Part shown: in pieces, positions 10,568 through 20,742 of the stretch
How the letters are laid out: the number at the start of each line of letters is the position of its first letter
Numbering within the stretch: the stretch's first letter is position 1
From: Myxococcota bacterium
Lineage (GTDB): Bacteria > Myxococcota_A > UBA9160 > UBA6930
Assembly (NCBI GenBank): GCA_965223415.1
Contig: OZ245002.1
Coordinates: 320,001-384,000, forward strand
DNA: 64,000 nucleotides
Direction of reading: 5' to 3'
Notes under the pieces: generated by a model
Told to the model about the DNA's origin: nothing
Database searches by the model: none
Seen by the model: the letters and a program-made list of their open reading frames with translations, nothing else
Position numbers and translations under genes: made by a program

Positions 10568-11571
10568 GCTCCCAGGTCGCACCCGTGAGCCCCAGGGCCT
10601 CCCGCGCCCGGTCGAGAGCGACCGGGCCGGAGCGGTCGGTGCCCGGGTGGGTCTCGAGACCAGCGCAGGGGTCGACCTCCCCGGCTTCGTCTTCGTCGCC
10701 CGCCGGCGGCACGAGGCCGGCCCCGAGCTCGGCGGCCAGGTGGTCGGCGATGCACACGACGCCGGCGAGGGGATGGGGGTAGCCCTCGATCTCGACGCGA
10801 TGATGGGCGCCGAGCACCCAGGGGAGCTCGGCCGGCAGGTCCCACAGCTTCGCCATCAGGGCGCCGGCCTCGCCGTGGGCCCCGTGGATCGCCGGCCAGA
10901 GCACCGAGAGATCCGGCGGCTTCTTGCGGCGCGGCGCCTCGCCCAGGGCGAGCAGGATGCCGGCGATGCCGACGTCGTGGAGCAGGCCGCAGAGGAAGGC
11001 GAACTCGGCCTCCACCGCGCTGCTGTACTTGCAGACCACCCGGCACAAGTGGGCGGTCGCCTGGCTGTGCTGCTTGAGCCGCGCCATGGGCGCTTCATAG
11101 GCGTCGCAGCGGAAGACGCGCAGGTTCATGGCCACCTGGAGCACGACGTCTCGCACGGTGAGGAGGCCGAGACGCATGAGCGCCCCCGAGAGGCTCTCGA
11201 TCTTCGCCGCGCCCGCGTAGGCCGGCGAGCTCGCCACCCGCAGAACCCGGGCGGCCAGCATCTCGTCGTTCTCGAGCAGCTCGACGACCTTGTCGATCTC
11301 CACGTCCGGGCTCTGGGAGAGGGAGAGCACCTGCTGGGCGGTCGACGGCAGCTCCGGCGGGCTGAAATCCGGTGCGCGGAAGGTAGCGAGCATCCGCTCC
11401 CGCAAGGCCTCCTCGTCCAGGAGGACGTCGTCGTCCACGTCGATGGACGCCTCGCCCCGCCCGTAGCCTTCCTCGTGCTTCGACTTGCCGCGCCGCTTCA
11501 TCGCGCCTCCCGTCGCAGCTCCATCGGCCGACGGGCGACGCTTCCACTGGGGCGAAAGCCCGAGTGTCGGC

Positions 11572-12186
11572 TCAGCCGCCCGCCTTCCGGGCCCGCTCCA
11601 TCGAGGGCCGGGCCTGACAGGCGGTGAACCAGCGCGCGACGTTGGCGTAGGGCGACAGGTCGTAGCCCACCATGCCCGAGAGCATGACGGCGCCCGCCAC
11701 GTTCAGGTCGGCGATGGTGAAGGCGCCGCCCAGCACGTGCTCGCGGCCCTCGAGGTGGGCATCCAGCACCTTGAGCGGCCGGGGCAGGGTCTTCTCCGCG
11801 GTCGCCACCCGCTCCGCCTGCCGCTGCTCCTCGGGCAGCATGAGTTTGTGGACGAGGATGTCCATGAAGGAGGGCTCGAGCTCGGTGAGCCCCCAGATCG
11901 ACCACTGCCAGGTGCGGGCCTCGTCGGCCGGATCCGTCGGGTAGAGGTCTCCGCCGTAGGTCTTCGCCAGGTAGAGGTTGATCGCCATCGACTCGAAGAG
12001 CGTGACGTCGCCGTCTACCAGCGCCGGGACGCGTCCGTTGGGGTTGATCGCCAGGTACTCGGGCTTCTTCGAGTCGCCGGCGAAGCTGGTGGGCACCAGC
12101 TCGTAGTCGATGCCGACCTCCTCGATGGCCCAGATCGAACGCAGGGCGCGGGAATTGACGACGCCGTAGAGGCGGGGCTTGCTCAT
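11572..12186 (-). CDS. Glutathione S-transferase family protein
   Basis: [35 protein letters not shown]. Confidence 0.93.
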   Translation of the reverse strand: MSKPRLYGVVNSRALRSIWAIEEVGIDYELVPTSFAGDSKKPEYLAINPNGRVPALVDGDVTLFESMAINLYLAKTYGGDLYPTDPADEARTWQWSIWGLTELEPSFMDILVHKLMLPEEQRQAERVATAEKTLPRPLKVLDAHLEGREHVLGGAFTIADLNVAGAVMLSGMVGYDLSPYANVARWFTACQARPSMERARKAGG

Positions 12187-12211
12187 GCAGGGACTCCTTC
12201 GGGCGCTAGAG

Positions 12212-12973
12212 CTAGAGCGAGACCAGGCCGCCGTCGATCGCGATCTCGGCGCCGTTCAGCAGGCGGGACTCGTCGGAAGCGAGGAAGAGCACGAGGTTCG
12301 CGACGTCCTCGGGCTGGCCGATCGCGCCTTCCATCGACATCTTCCCGAGCACGCCGAGGGTGGCGGGACCAGCGCCTTCCGCGAATCCGGCGAGCCCCTG
12401 GGTCATCGGCGTGTCGATGCCGCCGGGGTGGATCGAGTTGCAGCGCACGGGCAGCTCGAGCTGCATGCAGTGGGCGGCGACGGTCTTGGTCAGCAGGCGC
12501 ACACCACCCTTGCTGGCGCTGTAGGCCGCGAAGGGCGGCGTGCCGACGAGCCCCGCCGCCGACGAGAGGTTGACGATCGAGCCGCCCCGCTCGCGCATCA
12601 CGCGCAGCCCGTGCTTGCAGCCGAGGAAGACGCCGTCCAGGTTGACGGCCATGACCCGGCGCCACTCCTCGAGGGTGGTGTCCTCGACCGAGCGGACCAC
12701 GACGATGCCCGCGTTGTTCACCAGCACGTCGAGCCGGCCGAACCCGCCCAGGGTGTCGTCGACGACGCGTTCCCAGTCCGCCTCGTCCCGGACGTCGTGG
12801 CGCTGGAAGCGGGCCCGCTCGCCGAGCTCCTTGGCGGCGGCCTCGCCCGCCGCGGCGTCCAGGTCCGTGCACACGACCCGCGCGCCCTCTTGCGCCAGGC
12901 GGGCCGCCGTGGCCTTGCCCAGGCCGGAGGCGGCGCCGGTGACGAGAGCGACCTTGTCGGCGAGGCGTCCCAT
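12212..12973 (-). CDS. Short-chain dehydrogenase/reductase (hydroxysteroid dehydrogenase-like)
   Basis: TGAASGLG, NNAG, YSASK, NSIHPG. Start could also be 12985. Confidence 0.92.
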   Translation of the reverse strand: MGRLADKVALVTGAASGLGKATAARLAQEGARVVCTDLDAAAGEAAAKELGERARFQRHDVRDEADWERVVDDTLGGFGRLDVLVNNAGIVVVRSVEDTTLEEWRRVMAVNLDGVFLGCKHGLRVMRERGGSIVNLSSAAGLVGTPPFAAYSASKGGVRLLTKTVAAHCMQLELPVRCNSIHPGGIDTPMTQGLAGFAEGAGPATLGVLGKMSMEGAIGQPEDVANLVLFLASDESRLLNGAEIAIDGGLVSL

Positions 12974-12996
12974 GGCGGGCAGCATACCGCGGAGGA

Positions 12997-13671
12997 TCAG
13001 GAGCGGGTGGCGAGGTAGATCACGTGGCGTCGGCCACCCCGCCCCGGGCGCTCGTGACGCGGTGCGAAGCCGGCATCGCGGAGGCGCCGCTCGAAGGCCG
13101 GATCGGGATCTTCGGCCCAGATCGCCAGGAGGCCGCCCTCGGACAGGGCCGCCCGGGTCGTCGCCAGGGCGGCCTCACCGAAGTGGGGATCGCGCCGGGA
13201 GCGGCCGCCCGGAGCCGGCCCTTCGTAGAGATCGAGGACGACCGCGTCGAAAGGCGGAATGCGCCCTTCGGCGGCGTCGCGAATCGCCGCGGCGACGTCG
13301 CCGATCCGCACGGACACGCGCGGATCGTCCATCGCCTCGCCGTTCAGCTGGGCCAGGGGCCCGCGGCACCAGGCGACCATCGCCTCGTGGAGCTCCGCCA
13401 CGACGACCCGCGCGTCGTCGGCAAGCGCGTCGAGGATGGCGCGCAGGGTGCAGGCCATGCCGAGGCCACCGATCAGGACGCCCGGCCGGCGGCGCCCGGC
13501 GATGGCCGACGCCGCCCGCTCGCCGAGCGCCAGCTCCGAGCGGTTCGCTCGCGAGTTCATCAGCACCCGGCCGTCGACGGTGATCAGGAAGTCGTCGGGG
13601 CCGCGGCGGCGGAGCTCGAGCACACCGTCGGCGGTGGTCGCCTGCTGGAGGGTCTCCCAGGCGCGGCTCAC
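12997..13671 (-). CDS. Spermidine synthase-like SAM-binding protein
   Basis: VLMNS, VLIGGLGMACTL, FDAVVLDLYEGP. Confidence 0.8.
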   Translation of the reverse strand: MSRAWETLQQATTADGVLELRRRGPDDFLITVDGRVLMNSRANRSELALGERAASAIAGRRRPGVLIGGLGMACTLRAILDALADDARVVVAELHEAMVAWCRGPLAQLNGEAMDDPRVSVRIGDVAAAIRDAAEGRIPPFDAVVLDLYEGPAPGGRSRRDPHFGEAALATTRAALSEGGLLAIWAEDPDPAFERRLRDAGFAPRHERPGRGGRRHVIYLATRS

Positions 13672-13686
13672 GAAGGCGGACCGGGC

Positions 13687-14613
13687 TCAGCCGAGCCGCC
13701 CCTCGAGGAACCGGATCATGCGGTCGATGGCCGGCCGGGCCAGGGGCAGGAACTCCATCTGGGCGTAGCCGTGGGGCATGCCCTCGTCCTCGAAGTACTC
13801 GTGGTCGACGCCGGCGGCCTGGAGCTCCGCCCGGAGAGCGCGGGCCTGGGCCACGAGCGGGTCGGCCGTTCCGCACACCACGTGGGTGGGCGGGAGCTTG
13901 GCGGCCGCGTGGATCGGACTCACCCGGGGATCGCGAAGCAGGGCTTCGCCGCGCTCCTTGCCGAGATAGGAGCCCACCATCATCTCGATGAGCTGCTCGC
14001 CGAAGCCGTCGGGCAGGGTCGCAGCCATGGCCGCCATTTCCGGCGGAGGCTCCGCGTTCATCGTCGCGAAGTCGAAGACGCCGTAGATCAGCAGCGCCGC
14101 ACCGAGCTTCGGACCCGCGGGATCGTCGGCCAGGGTCGCCGCCACGGCGGCCGAGAGGTTGCCGCCCGCCGAGTCGCCGCCGACGGCCAGGCGCGAGGAA
14201 TCCCCGCCGTAGCTCTCCGCCTCCTTCGCCGCCCAGCGAACGGCTTCGAGGCAGTCCTCGAAAGGCGTCGGGAAGGGATGCTCCGGCGCCATGCGGTAGT
14301 CGACATTGACGACGAGGTGGCCGGCCTCGGCGAAGCGATGGGCCAGCTTCTTGTGGGTCGAGGGGCTGCCGCAGACCCAACCGCCCCCGTGCAGGTAGAC
14401 GAGGACCGGGTGCGGTCCCTCGCCCTTCGGCACGATGACGTCGGCGGAGAAGGCGCCGATCGGCACGGCGGCGTGGAAGGCGCCAACCTCGGGGAGATCG
14501 GCGTTCATGAAGCCGGCGAAGCCGTCGAGCAGGCGGCGCATGTCCTCCACCGTCTCCGGCGGCTTCGCCTGGAAGAGCTGGGTGAGGACGTCGGCGGGAA
14601 TCGGGTCGGACAT
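13687..14613 (-). CDS. HSL-family alpha/beta hydrolase (esterase/lipase)
   Basis: HGGGW, DYRMAPEHPFP, GDSAGG, DPL, HGY. Confidence 0.93.
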   Translation of the reverse strand: MSDPIPADVLTQLFQAKPPETVEDMRRLLDGFAGFMNADLPEVGAFHAAVPIGAFSADVIVPKGEGPHPVLVYLHGGGWVCGSPSTHKKLAHRFAEAGHLVVNVDYRMAPEHPFPTPFEDCLEAVRWAAKEAESYGGDSSRLAVGGDSAGGNLSAAVAATLADDPAGPKLGAALLIYGVFDFATMNAEPPPEMAAMAATLPDGFGEQLIEMMVGSYLGKERGEALLRDPRVSPIHAAAKLPPTHVVCGTADPLVAQARALRAELQAAGVDHEYFEDEGMPHGYAQMEFLPLARPAIDRMIRFLEGRLG

Positions 14614-14686
14614 GCGGGCCTCCGTTCGGTGGAGGCGAGAGGGTAGCGTCGCTTGCGAGCGAGGTGGCGTTCGTTATCAGCACTCC

Positions 14687-15544
14687 ATGGACGAGACTCT
14701 CGCCGACCTGCTGACCCTGCTCGATCTCGAGCGCATCGAGCTGAACCTGTTCCGGGGCCTCTCGCCCCAGACCGGCTGGCAGCGGGTCTTCGGAGGGCAG
14801 GTGCTGGGCCAGGCCCTGGTGGCGGCACTGCGCACCGTCGAGGATCGCAGCGTCCACAGCTTCCACGGCTACTTCCTGCGGCCGGGCGACCCGAAGGTGC
14901 CGATCCTCTACGACGTGGACCGCATCCGGGACGGGAACAGCTTCACCACGCGGCGCGTGGTGGCGGTGCAGCACAGCCGAGCCATCTTCAACATGGCGGC
15001 TTCTTTCCAGGTGACCGAGGGAGGCTTCGACCACCAGGACGCGATGCCCGACGTGCCCGGTCCGGAAGGGCTCGCCAGCGAGGGCGAGCTGCGCGAGCGC
15101 ATCGCCCACCGGATCCCCGCCAGCTGGCGGGACACCTTCACCCGCCCGAAGCCCATCGAGGTGCGACCCGTCGACCCGGTCGACGAGTTCGAGCCCGAGA
15201 AGGCGCCGGCGCACCAGAGCATCTGGTTCCGCACCGTCGCTCCGATGCCCGAGGATCCGGCGCTCCACCAGTGCGTGCTGGCCTACGCCTCGGACATGAA
15301 CCTGCTCGACACCTGCCTGCGCCCCCATGCGGTGCCGTGGACCAACCCGAAGTTCCAGTCCGCCAGCCTCGACCACGCCATGTGGTTCCACCGCTCCTTC
15401 CGCACCGACGACTGGCTCCTCTACCGGACCGACAGCCCCAGCGCCTCCGGCGCCCGCGGCTTCAACCGCGGCAACATCTTCACCCGCGACGGCCGCCTCG
15501 TCGCCTCCTGCACCCAGGAAGGCCTGATCCGAATGCGCGATTGA
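14687..15544 (+). CDS. tesB: Acyl-CoA thioesterase II
   Basis: Start moved to ATG 14687. VFGGQVLGQAL, VHSFHGYFLRPG, RDGNSFTTRRV, LAYASD, ASLDHAMWFH, QEGLIR. Confidence 0.95.
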   Translation: MDETLADLLTLLDLERIELNLFRGLSPQTGWQRVFGGQVLGQALVAALRTVEDRSVHSFHGYFLRPGDPKVPILYDVDRIRDGNSFTTRRVVAVQHSRAIFNMAASFQVTEGGFDHQDAMPDVPGPEGLASEGELRERIAHRIPASWRDTFTRPKPIEVRPVDPVDEFEPEKAPAHQSIWFRTVAPMPEDPALHQCVLAYASDMNLLDTCLRPHAVPWTNPKFQSASLDHAMWFHRSFRTDDWLLYRTDSPSASGARGFNRGNIFTRDGRLVASCTQEGLIRMRD

Positions 15545-15565
15545 GAAGCGGGGCCAGGGTCGAGA

Positions 15566-16897
15566 TCAACGCTGGCCCCGTTTCTTCACATCCTCGATGG
15601 CTTGCTCGAGGACGGTGGCCATCTCGTCGACGTGGGCTCCGGTGAGAGTGAAGGGCGGGCCGAAGCAGGCGACGTCGCGGGCCGGGTCGCTGCCGCCCGG
15701 GTAGAAGAAGACGCCGCGGGCGAGGCCGGCGGCCACCACCTTGCCGATGAAGCGGTTCTCCGCGGGGAAGGGCTCGAGGCTCTCGCGGTCCTTCACCAGC
15801 TCGACGGCGCGCATCAGGCCGAGGCCGCGGGTGTGGGCGACGTGGGGATGGCCCTCGAGGTGGGCCAGGCGCTTGCCGAGCTCCTCGCCGAGGCTGGCGG
15901 CGCGCTCGACCAGCCGCTCCCGGTCGAGGATCTCGAGCACCTTCTCCGCCACCGCGCAGGCCATGGGATGGGCGCTGTAGGTGAAGAACGTGAGCTCGTC
16001 ACCGGCCTCGGCGATGGGCGCCACGACCGCCTCCTTCGCGAAGACGGCACCGATCGGGGCATAGCCGCCGGCGAGCCCCTTCCCTCCGACGAGCACGTCG
16101 GGCACCACGTCCCAGTGGTCGACGGCGAAGCGCCGGCCCGTGCGACCGAAGCCGCACATCACCTCGTCGGCGATCAGCAGGATGCCGTAGTGATCGCAGA
16201 TCTCCCGCAGCCGCGGCCAGTAGTCCGCCGGCGGCACGACCGCACCCAGGGTGGAGCCGCCGACCGGCTCGGCGATGAAGGCCGCCACCGTCTCCGGCCC
16301 TTCCCTCTCGATCACCTCCGCCAAGCCGTCGGCACCGTGCTGGGGGCCGACCACGTCGTCGCAAAGCCCGGGCCTGCGAAGCGGATACCACGCCGGGATC
16401 TTCGGATGGTCCACGAACAAGGGGGCGAAGCCCTCGCGCCGCTTCTCGTGCCCGCCGACGCCGAGGGTCGCGAGGGTGGTGCCATGATAAGCGCGGTGTC
16501 GCCCGATCACCTTCCAGCGCTCCGGCTGCCCCGCGGACACGAAGTGCTGCCGCGCCAGACGCAGCGCCGAGTCCACCGCTTCGCTACCGCCGCTCGTGAA
16601 GACGCAGCGGGTGATGCCCGGCGGCAGCCAGTCCCGCTTCAGGCGCTCCACCAGGGCGACCCGCTCCTCGGTGGCGAAGGGCGGCACCACGTAGGTGGTG
16701 CGGGCCACGGTCTCGGCCGCCGCCTCGGCGATCTCCCGGCGGCCGTGCCCCACGTTGGCGATGATCGCGCCGCCTCCTGCGTCGAGGACCCGCCGGCCGC
16801 CGGCCATCACCCAGTGCACGCCCTCGGTGCGCTCGATCACGGCCGCGCCACGGCCGGCTCCCAGGAACGGATAGTGGGCGACGCGCTCTGCATCCAT
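15566..16897 (-). CDS. Class III PLP-dependent aminotransferase
   Basis: SGGSEAVD, AYHGTT, FIAEPV, LIADEVMCGFGRTG, PLP-binding Lys in GKGLAGGY. Confidence 0.93.
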   Translation of the reverse strand: MDAERVAHYPFLGAGRGAAVIERTEGVHWVMAGGRRVLDAGGGAIIANVGHGRREIAEAAAETVARTTYVVPPFATEERVALVERLKRDWLPPGITRCVFTSGGSEAVDSALRLARQHFVSAGQPERWKVIGRHRAYHGTTLATLGVGGHEKRREGFAPLFVDHPKIPAWYPLRRPGLCDDVVGPQHGADGLAEVIEREGPETVAAFIAEPVGGSTLGAVVPPADYWPRLREICDHYGILLIADEVMCGFGRTGRRFAVDHWDVVPDVLVGGKGLAGGYAPIGAVFAKEAVVAPIAEAGDELTFFTYSAHPMACAVAEKVLEILDRERLVERAASLGEELGKRLAHLEGHPHVAHTRGLGLMRAVELVKDRESLEPFPAENRFIGKVVAAGLARGVFFYPGGSDPARDVACFGPPFTLTGAHVDEMATVLEQAIEDVKKRGQR

Positions 16898-16955
16898 CCC
16901 CCAAGGATGGACCGGAACGCGCAGGACCGCGAGCCGCAGGCGCTAGGCTCGCCCC

Positions 16956-17402
16956 ATGCGCACCCCCCGTCTCCCGACCGCGGTTCCCCTGTTGCTCGTG
17001 CTGGGCTGCGGCCCGATCGGCCCGCTCCCCGGCGGTGCGCTCTCCGGGACCCCGACACCCGCGCCGCCGGACTGGCACTTCACCGACGCCGTCGAGACGG
17101 TGCAGATCGAGACCCGCCCGGGCGACCCCTACTCGGTGAACGTCTGGGGGATCGCCCACGAGAGGGCCTTCTTCGTTGCGGCGGGGGGCGGTGCCGAATC
17201 GACCTGGGTGACCCACCTGGAGGCCGATCCCCGCCTGCGGCTCCGGGTCGAGGGCCGGCTGTTCGAGCTGCACGCGGTGCGCGTGGACGAGGCCGCGACC
17301 CGTGCCGCCGTGCTCCAGGCGCTGACCGACAAGTACGACTTCCAGCCGGACCCGGCCGACGCAGCGAGCGCCCTGCTCTACCGGCTCGATCCGCGGCCGT
17401 GA
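16956..17402 (+). CDS. Lipoprotein with split-barrel (DUF2255/PNPOx-like) domain
   Basis: Lipobox VLGC; PYSVNVW...W...LEADPRLRLRVEG pattern. Confidence 0.6.
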   Translation: MRTPRLPTAVPLLLVLGCGPIGPLPGGALSGTPTPAPPDWHFTDAVETVQIETRPGDPYSVNVWGIAHERAFFVAAGGGAESTWVTHLEADPRLRLRVEGRLFELHAVRVDEAATRAAVLQALTDKYDFQPDPADAASALLYRLDPRP

Positions 17403-17407
17403 GCCGC

Positions 17408-17434
17408 GCGGCGCCCGGCCCGGCCGGGCGCCGC
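17408..17434. terminator. Hairpin between convergent genes
   Basis: GCGGCGCCCGGC-ccg-GCCGGGCGCCGC, a 12-bp stem between the stops at 17402 and 17442. Confidence 0.45.
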
Positions 17435-17441
17435 CGATCCC

Positions 17442-20400
17442 TCACGCGCCGCCGGCGCGGCTGCGCTCCTCCTCGGGCATCGGCACCACGACCGGCGCGA
17501 GCCGCCGCCCTTCGTCGTCGGCGGCTCGTCCCGGGAGGCCGCCGGCGACCCCGCCGCCCCGCAGCCCCGCCAGGTCCTGCAGGATGAGGTAGCTGCAAGG
17601 CAGCACGAAGAGCGAAATGGCCGTCGCGAAGATCACGCCGAATCCGAGGGACGCCGCCATCGGGATGAGGAACTGGGCTCCCATGCTCCGCTCGAGCAGG
17701 AGCGGCGAGAGGCCCGCGAAGGTCGTGACCGAGGTCAGCACGATCGGCCGGAAGCGGGCGACCCCGGCGGCGCGCACCGCCTCCTCCAGCTCCATTCCCG
17801 CGGCGCGCCGGCCGTTGATGTAGTGAACGAGCACCAGGCTCGAATTCACCACGACGCCGGACAGGGCGACGACGCCGAACACGGACATCATGCTGAACTG
17901 CAGGCCCAGCAGCAGATGGCCCGCGATCGCGCCGACCAGGCCGAAGGGGATCACGGACATGATGATGAGCGGCTGGGCGTAGGAGCGAAGCGGCACCGCG
18001 AGCAGTGCGTAGATCAGGATCAGCGCGAACCCGAAGTTCTTGAGGAGCGCGATCAGCGTCTTCTGCTGCTCGCGCTGCTCGCCCTCGAACGAATAGGAGA
18101 GGCCCGGGTTCGCCGCGACGAGCTGGGGCAGGAACTCGTCCTGGAGGCCGCGGCGGATCTGGTTGGCGTTGGCCTTCTTCGCGTCCACCTCGGCCACCAC
18201 GTCGATCACCCGCTGGCGGTCGGCCCGCTTGATGGTCGCGTAGCCGCGGCCGCGGTCCGCCTCGGCGACCGCGTAGAAGGGCACCTCGCCTCCCTCTGGC
18301 GTGCGAATGCGGAGCTCGTCCAGGTCGCCCAGCGAACGGCGCTCGTCCCGCGGGTAGCGGACCATCACCTTCACGTCGTCGCGACCGCGCTGGATGCGCT
18401 GGGCCTCCTCGCCGTAGAAGGCCTGACGAACCTGGCGCGCCAGGTCCCGCAGCGAGAGCCCGAGTGCTTCAGCGGAGGGAAGGATCTTGAGCTTCAGCTC
18501 TTCCTTGCCGTCGCGCCAGGAGTCGCTGATGTCGTAGACGCCCGACGTTCCGGCGAGGCGCGCCTTCACCGCGTCTCCCGCCCGGCGCAGCTGCTCCACG
18601 TCCGCCGACTTCAGCTCGACGAAGATGGGCGCCCCCGCGTTCAGGTAGTCGGCGCTGAAGGAGAGCTCCTCGGCGCCGGGGATCGGCGCGGTCGCCTCCC
18701 GCCAGCGGTCGCGCACCCACTTGGCGGAGAAGCCGACGGGTCGGTCGTCGCCCCCGACCAGCTCGACCACGACGCCGCCCAGGTGGGTGCCCCCCGGACC
18801 GCCCGGACGTGGCGGCCCGCCGCCGGTCACCGGGTGCTCGCCGATCGCCGCCAGGCGGTGCTTGATCAGGGAACGGCCGTCGGGGGTGCGGAACTCGCCG
18901 TCGAGCTGCTCCTGCATGCGCAGCGCACTGTCCTCGAGCTGCTGGACGGCCCGGCGGGTGACATCGGCCGGCGTGCCCAGCGGAAGGGTCACGCTGGCGC
19001 TCACGTAGTCGCTCTCGATCGCGGGGAAGAAGGCGAAGGAGAGCCAGCCGCTCGCCATGGCACCGAAGGTGAGCATCAGCAGTGCGACGGCGGCGGACAC
19101 GGCGGCGTAGCGCCACTCGAGCGCCTTCGCGAGCGCCGGGCGGTAGCCCCGGTTCGCCAGCCGGGTGAGGCTTCCGGCGAGGAAGCCCTGGAGCCGCTTC
19201 CAGCGGGCCTGGATCGAGCCCTGCGGCGGCGCCTGCTTCTCCTTGATCGCCGCGTGGTGGCCCAGGTGCGCGGGAAGGATCAGCTGGGACTCGATCAGCG
19301 AGAACACGAGGCACAGGCCGACCACCTTGGCGATGGCGCCGAAGAAGTCCCGCATGAAGCCCGGCGAGAGCGCCATCGGCACGAACGCACAGATCGTGGT
19401 CAGCACGCCGAAGATCACCGGCACCGAGACCTCCTGGGTTCCGCTGATCGCGGCGCGCAACGGCGCCTCGGCGCGCTCCTGGTGGGTGTGGACGTTCTCG
19501 CCGACGACGATCGCGTCGTCGACCAGCAGGCCGAGCACGAGGATGAAGGCGAAGAGCGTGAGCACGTCGATCGAGAGGCTGGCCGTCGGGAAGAGCGCGA
19601 GGGCGCCCAGGAACGAGATGGGGATGCCGAGCGCGACCCAGAGGGCCAGGCGCAGGCGCAGGAAGAGGGCCAGCACGGTGAACACGAGGAAGAAGCCGGT
19701 GAGGCCGTTGTTCACCAGGATGCCGAGCCGGTCCCGCAGGTAGTTCGCCTGGTTCTGCCAGACGGTGAGGCGGAGGCCCTCGGGAAGCCGGGCCTCGGAC
19801 GCGGCCACGTAGCCGAGAACGGTGCTCGCCAGCTCGAGCACGCGCTGGTCGCCGACCCGGTAGACCCGGATCATCACCGAAGGCTCGCCGTTGAAGCGCG
19901 CGCTGCGCTCGTCCTCGACGAAGCCGTCCACCACCTGCGCCACCTCGCCGAGCAGGAGGCGGGTCCCGTCCGGGCGGGTCAGCAGGACGAGGCGCTGGAA
20001 ATCCTCGCCCCGGTAGGCCTGGCCCTTGGCGCGCAGCAGGATCTCGCCGCTACCGGTGCGGATCGAGCCTCCGGGCAGGTCGAGGGAGGAGCGCCGCACT
20101 GCCGCCACCACCTGGTCGAAGGTCAGCCCGTGGCGGCGCAGGGCGTGCTCGGGAACCTCGATCGAGAGCTCGTAGTCCCGCGCGCCCGAGAGCTCCACCT
20201 GGGTCACGCCGGGGAGCGCCGCGATCTCGTCGCGAATGTGCTCGCCCCACACGCGGAGGGCGCGCTCGCTGGCTTCGCCGGAAACGACGAGCTGCATCAC
20301 GTTGCGCCGCATGGAGAAGTGGTTGATGACCGGCTTCTCCGTCTCGGCGGGGAAGGTGCTGATGCCGTCGACCGCGTTCTTGATCTCGGCCAGGGCCCGG

Positions 20401-20708
20401 TCGACCGGATAGCCGTCGAGCAGCTCGGCGGTCACCCCGCAGGCACCCTCGGCCGCGCTCGAGGTGATGCGCTCCACGCCCTCGATGCCGTGGATCTCCT
20501 CCTCGATGCGGATGCAGACGCCCTCTTCCACTTCCTCCGGCGCCGCCCCCAGGTAGGGCACGGCCACCTGGATGATCTCGATGTTGATGTCCGGGAAGGT
20601 CTTCTGCTGGATCACGGGGATGGCGGCCAGGCCGCCGGCCACGCACAGGACCATCACGAGGTTGGCGGCGACCGCGTTCTCCGCGAACCATGCGATGATG
20701 CGGCTCAC
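17442..20708 (-). CDS. RND efflux transporter permease (AcrB/AcrD/AcrF family)
   Basis: 1088 aa; GLLVDDAIVVGEN, GVVVNSS, RFRPIVLTSVTT; typical RND two-repeat topology. Confidence 0.95.
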   Translation of the reverse strand: MSRIIAWFAENAVAANLVMVLCVAGGLAAIPVIQQKTFPDINIEIIQVAVPYLGAAPEEVEEGVCIRIEEEIHGIEGVERITSSAAEGACGVTAELLDGYPVDRALAEIKNAVDGISTFPAETEKPVINHFSMRRNVMQLVVSGEASERALRVWGEHIRDEIAALPGVTQVELSGARDYELSIEVPEHALRRHGLTFDQVVAAVRRSSLDLPGGSIRTGSGEILLRAKGQAYRGEDFQRLVLLTRPDGTRLLLGEVAQVVDGFVEDERSARFNGEPSVMIRVYRVGDQRVLELASTVLGYVAASEARLPEGLRLTVWQNQANYLRDRLGILVNNGLTGFFLVFTVLALFLRLRLALWVALGIPISFLGALALFPTASLSIDVLTLFAFILVLGLLVDDAIVVGENVHTHQERAEAPLRAAISGTQEVSVPVIFGVLTTICAFVPMALSPGFMRDFFGAIAKVVGLCLVFSLIESQLILPAHLGHHAAIKEKQAPPQGSIQARWKRLQGFLAGSLTRLANRGYRPALAKALEWRYAAVSAAVALLMLTFGAMASGWLSFAFFPAIESDYVSASVTLPLGTPADVTRRAVQQLEDSALRMQEQLDGEFRTPDGRSLIKHRLAAIGEHPVTGGGPPRPGGPGGTHLGGVVVELVGGDDRPVGFSAKWVRDRWREATAPIPGAEELSFSADYLNAGAPIFVELKSADVEQLRRAGDAVKARLAGTSGVYDISDSWRDGKEELKLKILPSAEALGLSLRDLARQVRQAFYGEEAQRIQRGRDDVKVMVRYPRDERRSLGDLDELRIRTPEGGEVPFYAVAEADRGRGYATIKRADRQRVIDVVAEVDAKKANANQIRRGLQDEFLPQLVAANPGLSYSFEGEQREQQKTLIALLKNFGFALILIYALLAVPLRSYAQPLIIMSVIPFGLVGAIAGHLLLGLQFSMMSVFGVVALSGVVVNSSLVLVHYINGRRAAGMELEEAVRAAGVARFRPIVLTSVTTFAGLSPLLLERSMGAQFLIPMAASLGFGVIFATAISLFVLPCSYLILQDLAGLRGGGVAGGLPGRAADDEGRRLAPVVVPMPEEERSRAGGA

Positions 20709-20742
20709 GGTCGGCCCCCAGCGCCGGCGCGCAGACCGCGGT